Counted from the first letter of the stretch, positions 37,760 through 45,733 are shown. The stretch: 62,845 nt of DNA from a virus (IMGVR_UViG_3300005528_000064:1-62845); one strand, 5' to 3'. Notes: generated by a model not told the origin, from the letters alone. Translations and numbers: made by a program.

Positions 37760-38257
37760 TCACTCCACCTGTGCCACAAGTAGCGATCCATACCTGTCCA
37801 GATAGTTAATCTCTAGACCATGCTTGTCTGCGTAGTCCATGACGAACTGCTCGGCCTTCTCGCCTCCCAGGCGGCGGTACTCCACCCGTTTCTCCACCGG
37901 ATCGCCCCGTGAGTTCTGGCCCACCAGCATGTTGATCGCAACCTCGCCGGGGTTCAGCAGTTCCTCCAGCTCATCTCGTCCTATGGGCTGGCCGTTGTGC
38001 TCTATCGCCCAATAGATCGGCTCAAGGTCCGGGTCATCATCGCGCATGGTGCCGTCGCTAGACCAGCCGTCCACCATTGCAAAGTAGATCGTGTCCACGA
38101 TGCCACCGGGCCAATCCTCCCAATGGTTGTGGTCAATTTCCTCTGAGACTTCCTGAGTCACGCGGGGCAGGATGCTAGTGCGCCATCCCCCATCGTGCCA
38201 TTCCACCGGGGCAGTCACCATCGGATAGTGGTTGTCGTTTATGCGAAGCGTGAACAT
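37760..38257 (-). CDS. Hypothetical acidic early protein
   Basis: GAGGAGTGACCTATG start. Confidence 0.65.
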   Translation of the reverse strand: MFTLRINDNHYPMVTAPVEWHDGGWRTSILPRVTQEVSEEIDHNHWEDWPGGIVDTIYFAMVDGWSSDGTMRDDDPDLEPIYWAIEHNGQPIGRDELEELLNPGEVAINMLVGQNSRGDPVEKRVEYRRLGGEKAEQFVMDYADKHGLEINYLDRYGSLLVAQVE

Positions 38258-38260
38258 AGG

Positions 38261-38431
38261 TCACTCCTCTGCGACGGAGATGTCGCACTCGTAATTATCG
38301 GGATCACGGTCTGGGTTGGTGCCCCATTCCGTATGTGCGAGGTTTTCAATCTCATCATCATCGGCCCCATCGGGTACCTCGAAACTGATGACGTAGGTCA
38401 CTGTCTCTGTCACGGTAGCAGTTCGTTTCAT
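38261..38431 (-). CDS. Hypothetical acidic protein (56 aa, not in ORF track)
   Basis: MKRTATVTETVTYVISFEVP...VAEE; GGAGG RBS. Confidence 0.6.
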   Translation of the reverse strand: MKRTATVTETVTYVISFEVPDGADDDEIENLAHTEWGTNPDRDPDNYECDISVAEE

Positions 38432-38432
38432 G

Positions 38433-38594
38433 TCAAGCCCTCCACCATTGCGGTGCTTTTTGGTTAGGCCCGAAAGCGCGGGCCTCGTCGCTTACTTCAT
38501 CGTGCCGTGGGCAATCGTCACTGGTGCAGAGTCCGGTGACAAGTTCCTCGTCCTCAAGATCGCGCCCGCAGTGTGGGCAAGTCGGTTGGTCCAT
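38433..38594 (-). CDS. Hypothetical Zn-finger protein (53 aa, not in ORF track)
   Basis: MDQPTCPHCG...CTSDDCP; GAGGAGTGACCTATG start. Confidence 0.6.
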   Translation of the reverse strand: MDQPTCPHCGRDLEDEELVTGLCTSDDCPRHDEVSDEARAFGPNQKAPQWWRA

Positions 38595-38597
38595 AGG

Positions 38598-38852
38598 TCA
38601 CTCCTCTGTAGCCCGTGCGATAGCTGCGCGGGCTCGGTGCATATCGTCAGCCAGTGAGCATCCGCCAGCGTCTGCGGGTATATGCCGCATGACACGGCGC
38701 AGTGCGTCCAGCAGTTCCGCGTTCACTGTGCTCAGCCGGTACAGTTCTGCAGCGGATAGCCGCACGTCGTCTGTGTAGTGGGTATGGTCAATTTCGCCTG
38801 CAAGGCCGGTGAGATATTCAGCCAGTCTCTCGGCTTTGGTTTGTTCAGTCAT
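38598..38852 (-). CDS. Hypothetical protein
   Basis: AAELYRL...ELLDAL...ARAAIARA modules. Confidence 0.65.
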   Translation of the reverse strand: MTEQTKAERLAEYLTGLAGEIDHTHYTDDVRLSAAELYRLSTVNAELLDALRRVMRHIPADAGGCSLADDMHRARAAIARATEE

Positions 38853-39061
38853 GTTCCCTCCTTAGGCATACGGGCAAAGAACCTCCCGCCCGCAAAAATT
38901 ATGCGCCGTTCAGTGGTTCCGTCCACTAGGGGACAACCCCGAAACCGCACTTCCTCTCCGTTGCGGATGGCTTCGCGTTCGGAGCGGGTCAGTCCTGAGA
39001 CACGGCGGGCACCCTTTTCAGCGCCCCAGCGGGCGCAACGGGCAGTCTGGGAATAGATCAT
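38849..39061 (-). CDS. Hypothetical early protein
   Basis: GGAGGACTGACCGATG start. Confidence 0.6.
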   Translation of the reverse strand: MIYSQTARCARWGAEKGARRVSGLTRSEREAIRNGEEVRFRGCPLVDGTTERRIIFAGGRFFARMPKEGT

Positions 39062-39064
39062 CGG

Positions 39065-39271
39065 TCAGTCCTCCTCGGTTGACCAGTAATCGGCAAGCGC
39101 ATCTTGCATTGCGAGCCTATCTGACACCCACACAACATCGGCGTCAGGGTATGCGTTTAAACACTGTTCTTCGGCATGGTCGCCATCGTCGGCATAACAC
39201 TTAAAACCGAAAGGCGCATCCTCGGGGCACATGATGCTTTCAATTCGATAGAGCACAATGTAGTGGTTCAT
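39065..39271 (-). CDS. Hypothetical early protein
   Basis: GGAGGACTGACCTATG start; ADDGDHAEEQC. Confidence 0.65.
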   Translation of the reverse strand: MNHYIVLYRIESIMCPEDAPFGFKCYADDGDHAEEQCLNAYPDADVVWVSDRLAMQDALADYWSTEED

Positions 39272-39274
39272 AGG

Positions 39275-39496
39275 TCAGTCCTCCAAAAGGGACCAAGCAT
39301 CCGCCATCGCGGCCTGATGGTCCGGGCAAAGATCGTCTTCGATTTGTTCAAGAGCCCACCGAAGGGCAGTTTCCAGGCGCTCCACATGGGCACGGGTGCG
39401 AACGCGGGCACGGCGCCTCTCCCAGGCTTCATCGGCCAGTTCTGAGGGGGTGAGAGGCCGGTCGGGATCAAGGCAGGGGTTCATGATTGGATTCAT
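39275..39496 (-). CDS. Hypothetical early protein
   Basis: RBS lies within the repeat element. Confidence 0.6.
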   Translation of the reverse strand: MNPIMNPCLDPDRPLTPSELADEAWERRRARVRTRAHVERLETALRWALEQIEDDLCPDHQAAMADAWSLLED

Positions 39497-39572
39497 GGTG
39501 TCGGTTCTCCTGATTGTGTAGCGGGCAACATGCCCCCATAGCCCCCGAGTGAGGGGCTATAGGTGCCGGTCG

Positions 39573-39839
39573 TTACGCTGGCGCATCCATCGGCACGGGG
39601 TCCGCCGGCCATCGGTTCTGTAACCACCTGTTGCGCATGGTTTGCGGGTCATACGGTAACCATCCCGTGCGGCTCATTCGAGCGTTATCCGGTCCGGTAT
39701 GGTTCCGGCATTCATCGCACCTTAGACACCAGTATTCCCGCCACATTTCAGGGTTCTGGAGCTTCTGGCCCCATGTTGCGGGTTTGCCGCACTCATGCCC
39801 CCATGTGCCGGGGTGGGCGTATCTGCAGGTTCCGGGCAT
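39573..39839 (-). CDS. Hypothetical Cys-rich early protein
   Basis: TGACCTATG start; CGKPA, CDEC. Confidence 0.6.
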   Translation of the reverse strand: MPGTCRYAHPGTWGHECGKPATWGQKLQNPEMWREYWCLRCDECRNHTGPDNARMSRTGWLPYDPQTMRNRWLQNRWPADPVPMDAPA

Positions 39840-39842
39840 AGG

Positions 39843-40040
39843 TCAGTCTCCCTTCAAAGACACAATCTCAACGGTCCGGCGATTACCCGGCACAGAGTCC
39901 AGCGCCCGCAGGAGTGAGGCCATGGGGTTATGCTGCCAGACAGAGAACCAGCGTTCAAAGCGCGGCCCGATAACCTGCCATTCGAGCCCGTGCCGGTAGA
40001 CTTTGAAAAGTCCGTTTTCGGTCTTAATGAAAGCATTCAT
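39843..40040 (-). CDS. Hypothetical early protein
   Basis: CAGGAGATTGACCTATG start. Confidence 0.6.
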   Translation of the reverse strand: MNAFIKTENGLFKVYRHGLEWQVIGPRFERWFSVWQHNPMASLLRALDSVPGNRRTVEIVSLKGD

Positions 40041-40109
40041 AGGTCAATCTCCTGATTGTGTAGGGCAACATGCCCCCATAGCCCCCGCGTGAGGGGCTAT
40101 AGGGGCCGG

Positions 40110-40505
40110 TCAGTGCTTAGTCGGGCGAAGGCGGATGCAGATTCCGGGCGATCCCCGCCCGTACCATTCGCGCCCGTGGACATCCCGCACCCTGACGGAC
40201 TGGTAATACTTACCATGTGTGTACGATGGCCGAGTCAGTTCGCAAGAATTGGAATCGATTACGTGGCCTAGGGTGTTGCCCTTCCATCCAGTCAGGCGCT
40301 TCCCGTCGCTCGACAGATAGCCCGTGAAGGGGCGGGAACGGTCCAGCAGTGCCCGGACTTCGCGCAGGTGTACGCCTTCGTCTGAGAACACTTCTCCGGC
40401 GTCGTTTCTGGCGTAGTTTGTCGTGAACCCGTCAGATGCCCCGATGAATTGCTTTCCGGTTTCTGCGCACGTCAGGGTGCGGCCGATCAAAGATTCGGTT
40501 TGCAT
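40110..40505 (-). CDS. Hypothetical early protein
   Basis: GAGGATTGACCTATG start. Confidence 0.65.
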   Translation of the reverse strand: MQTESLIGRTLTCAETGKQFIGASDGFTTNYARNDAGEVFSDEGVHLREVRALLDRSRPFTGYLSSDGKRLTGWKGNTLGHVIDSNSCELTRPSYTHGKYYQSVRVRDVHGREWYGRGSPGICIRLRPTKH

Positions 40506-40540
40506 AGGTCAATCCTCAGCGCGCATGGCGCGCAGCAGTG

Positions 40541-40615
40541 TTAAATGACCCCCAGCAGCGCCAGCAGCAGTGCCACTAGGGAAACGAGAACAATGGCTTT
40601 GTCTTCAGTGGTCAC
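40541..40615 (-). CDS. Possible 24-aa membrane peptide
   Basis: GTGA-coupled; MTTEDKAIVLVSLVALLLALLGSF. Confidence 0.4.
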   Translation of the reverse strand: MTTEDKAIVLVSLVALLLALLGVI

Positions 40616-40812
40616 AACGTCACCCGATCCGCCAGGGCATCGGATATCTGCCCGTCACGGTGCAGTGAGTCCACAAAGTCTACAAACGTGCACCGGACGG
40701 TAGCGCAGTGGAAGTTTTGTGGCTTGCTCAGAATCCCGGCCTCCCTTGCTTGCTCTGCTAGGTGCGGATATGCGGCCCAGAATGCGGCCCGGACTTGTTT
40801 CTGTGTTGTCAT
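40612..40812 (-). CDS. Hypothetical early protein
   Basis: MTTQKQVRAAFW...FVDFVDSLHRDGQIS. Confidence 0.65.
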   Translation of the reverse strand: MTTQKQVRAAFWAAYPHLAEQAREAGILSKPQNFHCATVRCTFVDFVDSLHRDGQISDALADRVTL

Positions 40813-40823
40813 GGTTTGCCCCT

Positions 40824-41255
40824 TCAGTAAACACAAACACCGTTGGTGTAGCAGGAATCAGCGCGAGACCCTGCGGGAATATCACCAGGGCGCAGGATGT
40901 AAAGACAAGCTCCGCGCGGATCGGTCTGAATGTAATAGTTCAGTGCCTCACTCCCTGAACTTGTCCGGGCCTTGTTGCATGCGTCGATGATGCGGGCCAA
41001 GCGCTTTTTTGCTCCGGCTTCACGATCAGGCACGGGGCGGCTATAACGCTTGCCCTTGTGTTCCCAGTAAAAACGGGGCTTGTCCGTTTCATCGTCCCTC
41101 TCGATAGCGCCGTGGTCGGTCCCAGCTTCGTGCAGATACCACCTTTGCAGGGTGTTCGAGATACGCCGCAGGGCGGTGGCTTCGTCGGAAGTGAAACCGA
41201 GGGCGCGCAGGGTGTTTTCAAGCGCCGTCAGGCGCAGCAGTTCTTTCTTAGTCAT
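40824..41255 (-). CDS. Hypothetical early protein
   Basis: ATCAGGAGA RBS; YIQTDPRGACLY. Confidence 0.7.
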   Translation of the reverse strand: MTKKELLRLTALENTLRALGFTSDEATALRRISNTLQRWYLHEAGTDHGAIERDDETDKPRFYWEHKGKRYSRPVPDREAGAKKRLARIIDACNKARTSSGSEALNYYIQTDPRGACLYILRPGDIPAGSRADSCYTNGVCVY

Positions 41256-41329
41256 TTGGTTTCTCCTGATAGGTTTGATGTCCAGGGCTGGCGCATCCCA
41301 TAGGGTCCGAAAGACCCTAGGCGGATAGG

Positions 41330-41665
41330 TCAGGTGTCCATCGTTTCCCGTTCCTGACGGGCCAGGATCGCGGCTTCATAGTCGGGGGTTTCGTCAATCC
41401 TCACGGGCTTGTAAGTGCTGACGCCGTAGGGTTGACCCTTGAGGGCGGCTTGTGCGGCTTTGGTGTAGCCCTTGAATGCTGGCCGTCCGTGGTAGTCGGT
41501 GGAGCGAATGACCACGTAACCCGCAACGTTCAAGGCATCATGTAGCCACGCATGCGAAGGGATGAAAGACCATCCGTTGTTCCCGGCTTGAATGTCCGTC
41601 ATGGTGCGGAGGATGATGGCGGATTGTTCCGGGGTGAAGAAACGAGCGGCAGCGAGAGCAGGCAT
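41330..41665 (-). CDS. Hypothetical early protein
   Basis: TAAGGAGA RBS. Confidence 0.65.
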   Translation of the reverse strand: MPALAAARFFTPEQSAIILRTMTDIQAGNNGWSFIPSHAWLHDALNVAGYVVIRSTDYHGRPAFKGYTKAAQAALKGQPYGVSTYKPVRIDETPDYEAAILARQERETMDT

Positions 41666-41688
41666 GTCTGGTTCTCCTTATGTGTAGG

Positions 41689-41928
41689 TCAACGGCCACG
41701 GGCATAAGCCCGCAAAGCCCGCAGATAGTCCAGCTTTGCTGCGCGGTTCCCCTGACTGCGGGTGTTCCCTTGCCACGCAACGACCACTGTGCCGCTAGGC
41801 TTGACGCCCAGGAAGCGGCCCATGCTGTTGGGCTCTCGTGTCCCCGCGTAAACCCATTGTCCAGGTTGAGCGTGGGCCAGCAATTCTGTAGGGGTTGACC
41901 AAATGTTGAAGGCGGGAAGGAATCGCAT
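41689..41928 (-). CDS. First early protein (hypothetical)
   Basis: CAGGAGA RBS before MRFLPAF. Confidence 0.6.
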   Translation of the reverse strand: MRFLPAFNIWSTPTELLAHAQPGQWVYAGTREPNSMGRFLGVKPSGTVVVAWQGNTRSQGNRAAKLDYLRALRAYARGR

Positions 41929-41969
41929 CTGTGTTCTCCTGAGCACTACACCGTGCAGTGCATGGGGAG

Positions 41970-42012
41970 ACTGTAGGCCCTTGTCTGGCCCTTGTCACTA
42001 GGGACAAACCCT
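41970..42012 (-). promoter_or_regulatory. Early leftward promoter with upstream CCCTAG box
   Basis: AGGGTTTGTCCCTA-GTGACA-17-TACAGT; ACAAGGGCC occurs twice across the -35/spacer. Confidence 0.55.
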
Positions 42013-42088
42013 CATGTATAAACGTACAGTGCGAGTGCTGGTGCGGTGCCGGAGCCCGCCCGCAGTGAGCGAAGCGAGCAGCAGTCTC

Positions 42089-42132
42089 TTGCATTCCTCA
42101 TCTGTTCCCCTATACTGTATAGAACCCCAGTA
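42089..42132 (+). promoter_or_regulatory. terS promoter overlapped by a LexA-like box
   Basis: TTGCAT-16-TATACT; TACTGTATAGAACCCCAGTA; second one-mismatch box at 42014-42029. Confidence 0.6.
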
Positions 42133-42144
42133 GGACAAACACCT

Positions 42145-42816
42145 ATGAAGCTATCAAGAAAGACTCTAGAGAAAGCAGCTAAGGAACTGCCCCCGAGTGC
42201 TTACCTCGGTAAAGCCGTTTCCGATGGACTCACGACAAAGCAAAGAAACTTCGCACGGGCTGTAGCTATGGGAGCCACTAAAGCAGATGCTTTCAGGGCC
42301 AGCTATGACGCCACCAGTAAGCACACATTGACCCGCCACCCGTACATGCTTATGCGCGACGAAAGAATACAAAAAGAAATCGACGCCTATGCCCTGGCAA
42401 TAGAGGCAGCGAAGCATAGAACCCCTGCCGCTTTGCGTGATCTTGTCATTCAGGGACTAGTGCAAGTGGCCCTAGCAGAAGACACAAAAGACAGTGTACG
42501 GGTGCAAGCATTGAAGACCCTTGGCACAGTAACCGAGGTGGCAGCGTTCACTGAGCGTAAGGAAGTCCGCAGCATTACCAGCAGCGATGATGCGCGAGCC
42601 CGTGTCATGTCTGAGCTTCGCACACTGCTTACCGCACAAGCTCAGGACGCGACCGTCATCGAGGCCGAGGCAGATTCCCTGCTGCGGGAACTGAGCGGGA
42701 CGAGTGAGCCTAGCGTTAATTTTAACGGCGACGCCACGGACAACGAGGTGGCGCAGGACGCAGACCCACCCACCGGGCACCCCCCCGATGCAGCAGCAGG
42801 AGTCCCGCTGCCTTGA
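42145..42816 (+). CDS. terS: Terminase small subunit
   Basis: LTTKQRNFARAVAMG.TKADAFRASY, RVQALKTLG...AFTERKEV; upstream of terL. Confidence 0.75.
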   Translation: MKLSRKTLEKAAKELPPSAYLGKAVSDGLTTKQRNFARAVAMGATKADAFRASYDATSKHTLTRHPYMLMRDERIQKEIDAYALAIEAAKHRTPAALRDLVIQGLVQVALAEDTKDSVRVQALKTLGTVTEVAAFTERKEVRSITSSDDARARVMSELRTLLTAQAQDATVIEAEADSLLRELSGTSEPSVNFNGDATDNEVAQDADPPTGHPPDAAAGVPLP

Positions 42817-43496
42817 ACATACTATTCCACTCAAACTGCCCCTACCTCGCACCGATTCCACTCAAACGACTCTATGCCCCAATGAACGCCGTTAAATTTA
42901 ACGCTCCCCTGCCATTAAATTTAACGCTAGCACCAGACCCCACCCCCTAAATCTGGCGACACCCCCCCGGTCAGTCTTTCTACAAAAAGTGGTGGGGGGA
43001 AGTACCAAAAATTTTGGGACTAAATTTTGGTGCCGTTAAATTTAACGGATGACATAAACTGGTTTAACAAACGTGGCTAAGTTGTTGATTTGTAACGATT
43101 TTTGTTAGGCTGCCTTACCGGAAGCAAAAGGGCCGAAGAATGTTAAACATGCTAAAAGACCCGGCAAAACGCGCAGAGTGGGTGTATGGGCAGTCGATGG
43201 CTCCGTGCCCAAAATGCGGCAGTTACAACATGAAGCCGCAAATGCCAATTGCGATGGAGACAACCGGAAATGAAACGGTGCCACAACTTGTGGGCAAGTG
43301 GGCGCGTGCCACAAAGGCCGGAGCTACGCCGCTGCAAGGCCCGGCCTACTACGCATGCTGGGACTGTTTCCACAAGGGGCCAGCCGTGGATTGCACCGGT
43401 CGCACTAGCGAGGACTGCCGCGCCGACCGCGCATTGAATACCGAGATGAAGCGACTGTGGAACGCGCAGACGCCAAACGTGCCGTTAAAATTAACG
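42714..43496. repeat. Cluster of CGTTAAATTTAACG palindromes
   Basis: Copies at 42714, 42890, 42913, 43034 and 43483 (0-1 mismatch). Confidence 0.85.
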
Positions 43497-43552
43497 GAAG
43501 TAAAGTGATGCTTTAAGAGTGTGCGCTAAGTTGTTGATTTTTAAGGGTTTTT
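43030..43552 (+). repeat. 74-bp direct repeat (43030-43103, 43479-43552): palindrome plus IHF site
   Basis: Ungapped alignment; TAAGTTGTTGATT is the reverse complement of the IHF consensus WATCAANNNNTTR at 43078 and 43527. Confidence 0.8.
43140..43508 (+). CDS. Lar-like (restriction alleviation) Zn-finger protein
   Basis: PCPKCGS...CWDC..KGP...LWN pattern; start 43140 or 43149. Confidence 0.55.
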   Translation: MLNMLKDPAKRAEWVYGQSMAPCPKCGSYNMKPQMPIAMETTGNETVPQLVGKWARATKAGATPLQGPAYYACWDCFHKGPAVDCTGRTSEDCRADRALNTEMKRLWNAQTPNVPLKLTEVK

Positions 43553-43933
43553 ATGAACAAGTGGCTTGACAGAAGAATTTCAGCGCCGGGGCCGTATCTC
43601 ACTTTGTGTTTAAGTGAGAAGGAGTATGAGGGTGCTATGAAGGCGCTGAAGGTCAAGCACTACGGTCCGTGGATCTCTACGCCGCAGGCATCTGCGACGA
43701 CGCACAACTTGAGTAATGAGGATGGGAACCTGTGTGCGGTGGTGTGCTTAAGTGACTATGCTGGCCGAAATCCCGTCGAAGTAGCAGGGCTTCTGGTCCA
43801 TGAAGCAGTGCATGTGTGGCAGGAGTACTGTGACTTCTACGGCGAGAAGTTTCCTGGCCGTGAGCAAGAGGCGTATGCAGTGCAGTCGCTGGCGCAAGAA
43901 CTGATGGCAGAGTTTGCGCGGCGAAATGGATAA
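43553..43933 (+). CDS. Small HExxH zincin-like protein
   Basis: LLVHEAVHVWQ...EQEAY. Confidence 0.65.
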   Translation: MNKWLDRRISAPGPYLTLCLSEKEYEGAMKALKVKHYGPWISTPQASATTHNLSNEDGNLCAVVCLSDYAGRNPVEVAGLLVHEAVHVWQEYCDFYGEKFPGREQEAYAVQSLAQELMAEFARRNG

Positions 43934-44237
43934 GAAGTGGCGCACGAAGAAGGTATTGCAGAGTCCTCTGAGGAAGGTGTATGGGTCCAAGGAGGAGGTA
44001 TTGGAGATGGGGATGACTGAGGCTCAGAAGGAAGTGTTTTTGGCTATAGATGTGTGGTGGTGCCGGTTTGGGTACGGCCCGAGTCTGCGGAACATTTGTG
44101 AGTTGAGGGGTAAGCCTGGGCTTGGGAGCACGAAGAAGATCGTGGATAGGTTGGTGAAGCTGGGTGCTCTCAAGAGGGTTGAGGGGATGGGAAGGTCTGT
44201 GCGGCCGACGTACATCAGCTTTAGGAATATGGAATGA
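43926..44237 (+). CDS. LexA-type DNA-binding domain protein, lacking the peptidase domain
   Basis: MTEAQKEVF..I......GYGPSLRNIC...G...LVKLGALKR...RSVR. Confidence 0.8.
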   Translation: MDKKWRTKKVLQSPLRKVYGSKEEVLEMGMTEAQKEVFLAIDVWWCRFGYGPSLRNICELRGKPGLGSTKKIVDRLVKLGALKRVEGMGRSVRPTYISFRNME

Positions 44238-45724
44238 AGTTGGATGATCTAGTGGCGAGTCTGTCTCCTGCGGATCAGGAGAAGCTGTTACAGCAGGTAC
44301 AAGATTACAAGGATGCTGTGGACAGGGAGAAGTGTCAGAAGAGCTTCATGGCGTACGTAAAGAAGATGTGGCCGGGGTTTATTCATGGCCGACACCATGC
44401 GGTGATGGCTAAGAAGTTTGAGGAGATCGCGGAAGGTAAGTTGAAGAGGCTGTGTATCTCTTTGCCACCGAGGCACAGCAAGAGCGAGATGGGATCGTTC
44501 TTGTTCCCGGCGTGGTTTCTTGGCCGGTTTCCAAATAAAAAAATCATTCAAGCATCCAACACGGCAGAGCTTGCTGTAAGTTTTGGACGCAAAGTTAGAA
44601 ACTTAGTGCTATCAGATGAGTACCAAAAAATCTTTCCTGGCGTAACTTTGCGGCAAGACTCCAAAGCAGCGGGCCGCTGGAGCACAAGCCAAGGGGGGGA
44701 GTCATTTAGTATCGGCGTTGGCGGCACGATGACTGGCCGTGGCGCTGATCTGATGATAATTGATGATCCGCACAACGAGGGCGAGGCCGCGCTTGCCGCG
44801 TTTCAGCCGGAGATTTACGACAAGTCTTACGAGTGGTTTACTTCTGGTCCCCGTCAGCGTCTCCAGCCTGGAGGGGCTATTGTCATCATCGCCACTAGGT
44901 GGTCCAAGAGAGACTTGATTGGACGCGTGCTCAAGGCGGCGGGCGAGCTAGGAAAAGAAGAAGAGTGGGAAGTCATTGAACTCCCGGCGATCATGCCTTC
45001 GGGTAAACCCTTATGGCCTGAGTTTTGGTCGCTGGAGGAACTGTCTGCGCTAAGGGACGAACTCCCACCGGGTAAGTGGAACGCTCAGTACCAGCAAAAT
45101 CCCACCGCCGAAGAAGGTGCTATTGTTAAACGGGAGTGGTGGAAGATTTGGGAGAAGGAGAAGCCTCCTTCATGTGAGTTCATCATCCAGTCTTGGGACA
45201 CTGCCTTTACTAAGGTTGAGCGAAACGACTACTCCGCTTGTACTACGTGGGGTGTGTTCCACATGAACGAAGATGAAAAGGATGTCAATATCATCTTGTT
45301 GGACTGTTTTCAGAAGCGGATGGAGTTCCCTGAGCTTAAAGAAAAGGCACTTGCTCACTATAGAGAGTGGGAGCCTGACTCGTTTATTGTGGAAGCCAAG
45401 GCCGCAGGCGCTCCGTTGATCTTTGAACTGCGGGCGATGGGCATTCCGGTGTCTGAATACACCCCAAGCAGGGGGAATGACAAGTTTGTCCGTATCAATT
45501 CTGTGGCAGACCTGTTCCAATCAGGTAAAGTCTGGGCTCCAGACACCCGGTGGGCTAGAGAACTCATCGAAAACATGGCCGCTTTTCCGAACGCACCCCA
45601 CGACGACGATGTGGACAGTGCCGTACAAGCGTTGATCCGCTTCCGGCAGGGTGGTTTCCTGCGTCTACAGACAGACGAACAGGACGAAATGCGGTCTTTC
45701 AAGCGCAAAGTAGCGTTTTACTGA
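44234..45724 (+). CDS. terL: Terminase large subunit
   Basis: PPRHSKS, IIDDP, QSWDTA, VEAKAAG, FPNAPHDDDVDS. Confidence 0.95.
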   Translation: MKLDDLVASLSPADQEKLLQQVQDYKDAVDREKCQKSFMAYVKKMWPGFIHGRHHAVMAKKFEEIAEGKLKRLCISLPPRHSKSEMGSFLFPAWFLGRFPNKKIIQASNTAELAVSFGRKVRNLVLSDEYQKIFPGVTLRQDSKAAGRWSTSQGGESFSIGVGGTMTGRGADLMIIDDPHNEGEAALAAFQPEIYDKSYEWFTSGPRQRLQPGGAIVIIATRWSKRDLIGRVLKAAGELGKEEEWEVIELPAIMPSGKPLWPEFWSLEELSALRDELPPGKWNAQYQQNPTAEEGAIVKREWWKIWEKEKPPSCEFIIQSWDTAFTKVERNDYSACTTWGVFHMNEDEKDVNIILLDCFQKRMEFPELKEKALAHYREWEPDSFIVEAKAAGAPLIFELRAMGIPVSEYTPSRGNDKFVRINSVADLFQSGKVWAPDTRWARELIENMAAFPNAPHDDDVDSAVQALIRFRQGGFLRLQTDEQDEMRSFKRKVAFY

Positions 45725-45733
45725 GGATTACAG

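Larger units (their letters stand above)
39506..40111 (-). repeat. ~65-bp intergenic hairpin+RBS direct repeat (39506-39571 and 40048-40111)
   Basis: Near-identical copies with a CCTATAGCCCC...GGGGCTATGGG stem. Confidence 0.9.

Noticed and set aside
43520-43548. XerCD dif site
   Set aside because: Only loose resemblance (GTGCGC.TAA); no TTATGTTAAA XerD arm. The IHF consensus fits exactly instead.
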